Below are positions 59,126 to 64,000 of a stretch of DNA of 64,000 nucleotides, in pieces. Positions within the stretch are counted from its first letter, which is position 1, and every line of letters starts with the position of its first letter. Source of the DNA: Myxococcota bacterium. GTDB taxonomy: Bacteria; Myxococcota_A; UBA9160; UBA4427. The DNA is taken from NCBI GenBank assembly GCA_965250285.1, contig OZ252299.1, positions 896,001 through 960,000 of the forward strand, read 5' to 3'. The notes under the pieces are model-generated. The model was not told where the DNA came from. It searched no databases and worked only from the letters and a program-made list of their open reading frames with translations. A program made the translations under genes and the position numbers.

Positions 59126-60156
59126 CCGTGCGCGTGTGCGACCGGAACGACGTCGCCCCAGGCGCGCAGGTCGCGCTCGTAGGGCAGCGTCGTGTTCGCG
59201 ACGACGAGCGCGCGGCCGCCGGGCCGAAGCGCGGCCCGCAGGGTCTCGAAGAATCGGCGCGCGGGGGCGAGATCGACCGACTTGCCGGTATGGAAGGGCG
59301 GGTTCGAGACTGCGAGCTCGAAGCCCGATTCGCCGAGCGGCTCGCTCGCGTCGCGCCACCGCACGTCGACGCGATCGGTGCACTCGAGGAGCAGCGCATT
59401 CTCGCGGGCGCTCGACACCGCGCGCCAGTCGCCGTCGATCAACGTCGCCGACGCGCCTGACCAGTGAAGCAGGGCGCCCAGGCCGAGTGGCCCCGCACCG
59501 CAGGCGAGGTCGAGCACGCGCGCGGGCTGCGGCAGATCGACCAGGTGGTCGAGCAGCAGGGCGCTGCCGGGGTCGAGTCGGTTCGCGCTGAACGTTCCGG
59601 GGAGCGTCAGCAGCGCGTGGGCCGAGCCGGCGATGGGCGGCAGGTGGATGGGGGTCGGCACGGGACGGATCGGCCCCGGCGTGTCGGTGCGCTCGAAGCA
59701 GGCGACGCGCGAGCGGGCGCGATTCGTGAGCAGCCGCGGCGTCTGGCCGAGCTCTTCGGCGAGGCGCTTCACGGCGCTCGTGATGCCGAGGGGGTTGCCG
59801 CCTTCGAGCAGCAGCCGGCCGCCGGGCTCGAGCAGACGCCAGGCTTCGGCGAGGTCGGCCCACGTGCCGGCGCGGCCCTTCTGGAGGTGTACGACGCACT
59901 GGCCGAAACAGCCGGATTCGAGCGCCGCGCTCTCGGGCGCGACGGCGCGCACGTCGCTCGTCGAGGCCGGCGCCACACCGACCTCGAGCGCACCAAACGA
60001 AGCCGCTTCCGCCCGAAGGAAGTCGTGGCGCCAGGGCAGAATGGCGATACCGCCGACGGCTTCGACGGCATCGAACGCTCCGAACTCGCAGACCGGCGTG
60101 TCGTCGAGCACGCCGGTGTCGAGGACGAGCGGCTTCTTGGGCTTGCGATCGGCCAA
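59035..60156 (-). CDS. RsmC/RlmG-like class I SAM methyltransferase
   Basis: PGTFSANRLDPGS, LDLACGAG, SNPPFH. Confidence 0.88.
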   Translation of the reverse strand: MADRKPKKPLVLDTGVLDDTPVCEFGAFDAVEAVGGIAILPWRHDFLRAEAASFGALEVGVAPASTSDVRAVAPESAALESGCFGQCVVHLQKGRAGTWADLAEAWRLLEPGGRLLLEGGNPLGITSAVKRLAEELGQTPRLLTNRARSRVACFERTDTPGPIRPVPTPIHLPPIAGSAHALLTLPGTFSANRLDPGSALLLDHLVDLPQPARVLDLACGAGPLGLGALLHWSGASATLIDGDWRAVSSARENALLLECTDRVDVRWRDASEPLGESGFELAVSNPPFHTGKSVDLAPARRFFETLRAALRPGGRALVVANTTLPYERDLRAWGDVVPVAHAHGYKLLSVVKRARSSSSSARHAPGSRSSGRS

Positions 60157-60304
60157 GGGATCTCCGTCGAAGGGGATGTCCAGATTCGAGCACGGACGGT
60201 ACCGCGAAGCCGTGCACGCCGATGCCCCACCTCGGAGAGCCCGTTACCTTGTCATGCCACCGACGGTGCGATGAGCGCCGCGTCTGCCCGCGAGAGGATC
60301 CCCC

Positions 60305-61171
60305 ATGCGCTTCAGCTACGCCGAATCGATGTGCGACCCCGCCCAGTACGTGCCCCTCGCCCAGGCCGCCGAAGAGGCGGGCTACACGTCGTTCACGGTG
60401 CCGGACAGCATCATCTATCCCGAGGTGTCCGACAGCAAGTATCCCTACACCCAGGATGGCAACCGCGAGTTCCTCGACGGCAAGCCGATGATCGACCCGT
60501 TCGTGCTCTCGGCGACCCTCGCGGCGGCGACCGAGAAGCTGCGCATGACGACCTTCGTCGTGAAACTGCCGATCCGGCAGCCCGTGCTGATGGCGAAGCA
60601 GGCCATGAGCCTGGCGTGCATGACGAACAACCGCTTCGGGTTCGGGATCGGCCTCTCGCCCTGGCCTGAAGACTACGCCGCGACCGGCACGCAGTGGGAG
60701 CGTCGGGGCAAGCGCTTCGACGAGATGATCGAGATCATTCGCGGGCTCGAGACCGGCGACTACTTCGAGTACCACGGTGAGTTCTACGACTTCGACTCGC
60801 TCAAGATGTGCCCGGCGCCGACCGAGCGCATTCCGCTGCTCGTCGGCGGTCACGCCGAGCCGGCGCTGCGTCGCGCGGCGCGACTCGGCGACGGCTGGAT
60901 GCACGCGGGCGGCGACCCCGTCGAGCTCGACGCCTATCTCGAGAAGATCGATCAGTACCGCAAGGAATACGGCCGCGAGAATGAGCCCTTCGAGGTGCAC
61001 GTGATCTCGATGGACGGCTTCACGCCCGACGGCATCAAGCGGCTCGAGGACAAGGGCGTGACCGACACGATCGTCGGCTTCCGCAACGCCTACGAGACCG
61101 ACACGACCTCGCTCGAGCAGAAGCTCGAGGCGCTGCGCCGCTTCGGCGAGCAGGTCATCGCGAAGGTCTGA
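60305..61171 (+). CDS. LLM-class (probably F420-dependent) oxidoreductase
   Basis: AQAAEEAGY..PDSI, DPFV, LPIRQP, GGHAEPALRRAARLGDGW. Confidence 0.9.
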   Translation: MRFSYAESMCDPAQYVPLAQAAEEAGYTSFTVPDSIIYPEVSDSKYPYTQDGNREFLDGKPMIDPFVLSATLAAATEKLRMTTFVVKLPIRQPVLMAKQAMSLACMTNNRFGFGIGLSPWPEDYAATGTQWERRGKRFDEMIEIIRGLETGDYFEYHGEFYDFDSLKMCPAPTERIPLLVGGHAEPALRRAARLGDGWMHAGGDPVELDAYLEKIDQYRKEYGRENEPFEVHVISMDGFTPDGIKRLEDKGVTDTIVGFRNAYETDTTSLEQKLEALRRFGEQVIAKV

Positions 61172-61180
61172 CGCCGCGGC

Positions 61181-61804
61181 TCAGCGAAACTCGTAGCCCA
61201 GCGTGAATGCGACGACGTCGATCCCGTCGTTCGGCTGCCGCAGCTGCGCATTCGAGATGTGATAGAGGCGCACGTCGGCGGTCAGCGCATGCGCGCCCTC
61301 GAGCGCGCGGCGTACGCCGAAGCCACCCTGCAGCCAGAACTGGAAGCCGTCGGCCTGTGACTCGAGCCCGTAGTCGATGCCGCCGAACCCGATCAGGGCG
61401 ATCACGTAGGGCGACCAGGTCTCGCGGGCGCGCAGTCGGTAGCGCAGCCCGCCCGTGACGCCGCCGCCCACGCCGGGGTCGGGCGCGAAGTTGATCGCGA
61501 GCTCGGGTTCGAGCACCAGGTCGAGGCGTCCCGCGATCCACCGGTTGCGCTCGCTCCAGTCGTGCAGCTCGAAACGCACGTGCGGCATCACGAGCAGCAT
61601 GCGCACGTCGCCGACATCCTTGCTCTGCGTGCGGCTGCGCATGTGGATGCCGTGGCCGTAGCCCGCGGCCAAGCCGAAGCCGAAGCGCTCTCGCAGGGGC
61701 TTCGGTTCCGCCTCGGCGAGCGCGGGGGGCGGGGCGAGGAGCAGGGCGATCAAGGGCAGGCAGGTGAGGGCGGCGCGCGCCCGGGTGCGCGCTGCGCGGC
61801 TCAA
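61181..61804 (-). CDS. PagL-like lipid A 3-O-deacylase / acyloxyacyl hydrolase
   Basis: Signal peptide, beta strands, HISNA..PNDGID motif. Confidence 0.85.
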   Translation of the reverse strand: MSRAARTRARAALTCLPLIALLLAPPPALAEAEPKPLRERFGFGLAAGYGHGIHMRSRTQSKDVGDVRMLLVMPHVRFELHDWSERNRWIAGRLDLVLEPELAINFAPDPGVGGGVTGGLRYRLRARETWSPYVIALIGFGGIDYGLESQADGFQFWLQGGFGVRRALEGAHALTADVRLYHISNAQLRQPNDGIDVVAFTLGYEFR

Positions 61805-62259
61805 AACGGACGGACGACCACGAGGATCACGATGCCGACCATCAGGAGCGTCGGCACCTCGTTGATCACGCGAAAGAACTTCTGCGGACGCTCGTTGCGG
61901 TCTTCAGCGAAGGCGTTGCGGCACTGCACGAGAAACCAGTGTGCGCCGAGCAGGCCCGCGACGAGCACGAGCTTGAACCAGATCCAGAGGCCGGCGCTAA
62001 TCAGGTAGCCGGGCGTCGCGAGCATCGCAAAACCGAAGCCGACGGTGGCCAGCATCGCCGGCCACATGATCAGGGTGGAGAGCTTCGTCTCCATCACCTT
62101 GAACGTCTCGCTCTGCTGACTGCCGGGCTCGGCCTCGCAGTGATAGACGAAGAGCCGCGGCAGATAGAGCAGGCCGGCCATCCATGAGATGACCGCGATG
62201 ACGTGGATCGCCTTCAGCCAGGGGAAGGCGACGAGCAGAAAGTCGCCGAGTGCGCTCAA
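61801..62259 (-). CDS. hemJ: Protoporphyrinogen oxidase HemJ
   Basis: KAIHVIAVISWMAGLLYLPRLFVYH, RVINEVPT, VVVRPF. Confidence 0.95.
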   Translation of the reverse strand: MSALGDFLLVAFPWLKAIHVIAVISWMAGLLYLPRLFVYHCEAEPGSQQSETFKVMETKLSTLIMWPAMLATVGFGFAMLATPGYLISAGLWIWFKLVLVAGLLGAHWFLVQCRNAFAEDRNERPQKFFRVINEVPTLLMVGIVILVVVRPF

Positions 62260-62293
62260 TGCGTGTGTCCGGCGGTCGCTCGCGGCGCGAGCC

Positions 62294-62623
62294 TCAAAGG
62301 CTGAAGCTCTCGCCGCAGCCGCAGGTGGTCTCGGCGCCCGGGTTCTCGATCTTGAACCCGGCGTCGTTCAGCGCGTCGCTGAAGTCGATGCGGACGCCCT
62401 CGAGGTACTTCGCGCTCTCGGCGTCGACGCGCACCGTGAGCCCGAACTGCTCGAATTCGTCGTCGTCGCCGCGGCGCTCGTCGTCGAAGAGCAGCTCGTA
62501 GCGCATGCCGCTGCACCCGCCGTCCTTGACGTGCACGCGCAGGGCGCCCTGCGGAAACTCGCTCGTGGAGAGCAGCTTCTTGGCCTTCACGGCGGCGGCT
62601 TCGGTCAGCTCGAGAACGGGCAT
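62294..62623 (-). CDS. erpA: A-type Fe-S carrier (ErpA/IscA/HesB)
   Basis: GGCSG, CGCGESF. Confidence 0.88.
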   Translation of the reverse strand: MPVLELTEAAAVKAKKLLSTSEFPQGALRVHVKDGGCSGMRYELLFDDERRGDDDEFEQFGLTVRVDAESAKYLEGVRIDFSDALNDAGFKIENPGAETTCGCGESFSL

Positions 62624-62898
62624 GTCTGTACCTCGCTGGGTCTTCTCACTGGGGCTTCGGGCGTCGAGCACCCGATTATCGCGTGCGGCGCGTGGCCTGC
62701 GGCCGGGCCTTGGATGCAGCGCGCGCGGCCCGCGTTTCGACCGCCGACCCCCCGGGCGGCCTGGATCCTACCGAATTCCCGCGCCGCTGGCGCGCTGCTA
62801 ACCTGCCGGAGCAAAAAGAGAAACGCCAAGGCCGGCGCGCCGTGCCGGCCCAGCCCGCTCGCCCGAGATCGAGCGCGATCGAGAGAGCCCCCACCCCG

Positions 62899-63954
62899 AT
62901 GCCCCCGACCGAAACCGCCGTGCGCCCGCAGCCGACCGACACCCTCGGCCGCCCGCTGCGCGATCTGCGCATCTCGGTCACCGATCGCTGCAACTTTCGC
63001 TGCACGTACTGCATGCCTGAGGAGATCTTCGGCGAGCGCTACAAGTTCTTGCCGCGCCCCGAGATCCTCACGTTCGAAGAGATCGGCCGCGTCGCCCGGG
63101 CGGCGGCGGCGCTCGGCGTCGAGAAGCTGCGCATTACCGGGGGCGAGCCCCTGCTGCGTCACGACCTGCCCCATCTGATCGAAGACCTCGCCTCGATCGA
63201 GGGCATCCGCGACATCGCGATGACGACGAACGGCACCCTGCTCAAGCGCATGGCGGGCCAGCTGCACCGCAGCGGGCTCAACCGCATGACGATCAGCCTC
63301 GACTCGCTCGACGAAGCGGTGTTCATGCAGATGAACGGCAACAAGCTGAGCCTGGGGCGCGTGCTCGACGGCATCGAGACGGCCGAGTCGGTCGGCTTCG
63401 AATCGATCAAGATCAACTGCGTGGTGCAGAAGGGCGTGAACGATCACACGCTGGTCGAGCTCGCGCGGCACTTCAAGGGCACCGGGCACATCGTGCGCTT
63501 CATCGAGTTCATGGACGTCGGCACGATGAACGGCTGGGACATGTCGCAGGTGCTCCCGACCAAGGAGCTGATCGAGCAGATCGACGCCGAGCTGCCGATC
63601 GCGCCCGTCGACCCGAACTACGTCGGTGAGGTCGCCAAGCGCTGGCGCTACGTCGACGGCGGTGGCGAGATCGGCTTCATCACGTCGGTGACGCAGCCGT
63701 TCTGCGGCGCGTGCTCACGCGCGCGGCTCACGACCGAAGGGCAGCTCGTCACGTGTCTCTTCGCGAGCGGCGGGATCGACCTGCGCACGCCGCTGCGCGA
63801 GGGCGCCAGCGACGCCGAGCTGCTCGAGATCATGGCCGGTCGCTGGCGGTCGCGCGACGACCGCTACAGCGAAGAGCGAACGCGCATCATGCGCGACGGC
63901 GACGACACCCAGACGGGCACGGGTCGCGTCGAGATGTATCACATCGGCGGGTAG
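62899..63954 (+). CDS. moaA: GTP 3',8-cyclase
   Basis: LRISVTDRCNFRCTYCMP, TGGEPL, FCGACSRARL..CLF, terminal IGG. Confidence 0.97.
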   Translation: MPPTETAVRPQPTDTLGRPLRDLRISVTDRCNFRCTYCMPEEIFGERYKFLPRPEILTFEEIGRVARAAAALGVEKLRITGGEPLLRHDLPHLIEDLASIEGIRDIAMTTNGTLLKRMAGQLHRSGLNRMTISLDSLDEAVFMQMNGNKLSLGRVLDGIETAESVGFESIKINCVVQKGVNDHTLVELARHFKGTGHIVRFIEFMDVGTMNGWDMSQVLPTKELIEQIDAELPIAPVDPNYVGEVAKRWRYVDGGGEIGFITSVTQPFCGACSRARLTTEGQLVTCLFASGGIDLRTPLREGASDAELLEIMAGRWRSRDDRYSEERTRIMRDGDDTQTGTGRVEMYHIGG

Positions 63955-64000
63955 CGTCGAAGTCGACTGGATTCGACGTCGGTTTCCGTTCGCGGCGCCC

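Noticed and set aside
62624..62898. Moco riboswitch upstream of moaA
   Set aside because: No consensus elements recognisable by eye; a covariance-model search would be needed.

Overview
High-GC bacterial chromosome segment (roughly 70% GC by eye). PEP-CTERM proteins, a stand-alone spirochaete/deltaproteobacterial-type EF-G and the overall gene content suggest a Myxococcota/deltaproteobacterial lineage (inference). The window has three zones. (1) 1-16.1 kb is an accessory cell-surface cluster: two CadC/OmpR-type winged-helix regulators, three PEP-CTERM genes (one broken), three genes with IPTL-CTERM-like signals, a very divergent GAPDH homologue behind a sigma54-like promoter, a GT32 glycosyltransferase and several gene scraps. 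One of the IPTL-like genes looks like a cohesin / sorting signal / second signal peptide / dockerin polyprotein. (2) 18.3-20.8 kb is a decayed integration hotspot at tRNA-Ser(CGA): a thiG scrap, an IS3 remnant, a serine-recombinase tail, a diverged duplicate of the tRNA 3' end plus flank, and a vapBC module. (3) 21-64 kb is mostly core and metabolic genes: infA, formyltransferase, fusA, PLD, ECF sigma/anti-sigma, haloalkane dehalogenase, an ArsS-type radical SAM cluster, a split MFE-2-like pair, ctaA, rsuA, an rRNA methyltransferase, an LLM oxidoreductase, pagL-like, hemJ, erpA/iscA and moaA. No CRISPR array, rRNA or intact mobile element was seen. All calls come from motif recognition by eye; no database search was run, and many start codons were re-picked from RBS or promoter context.
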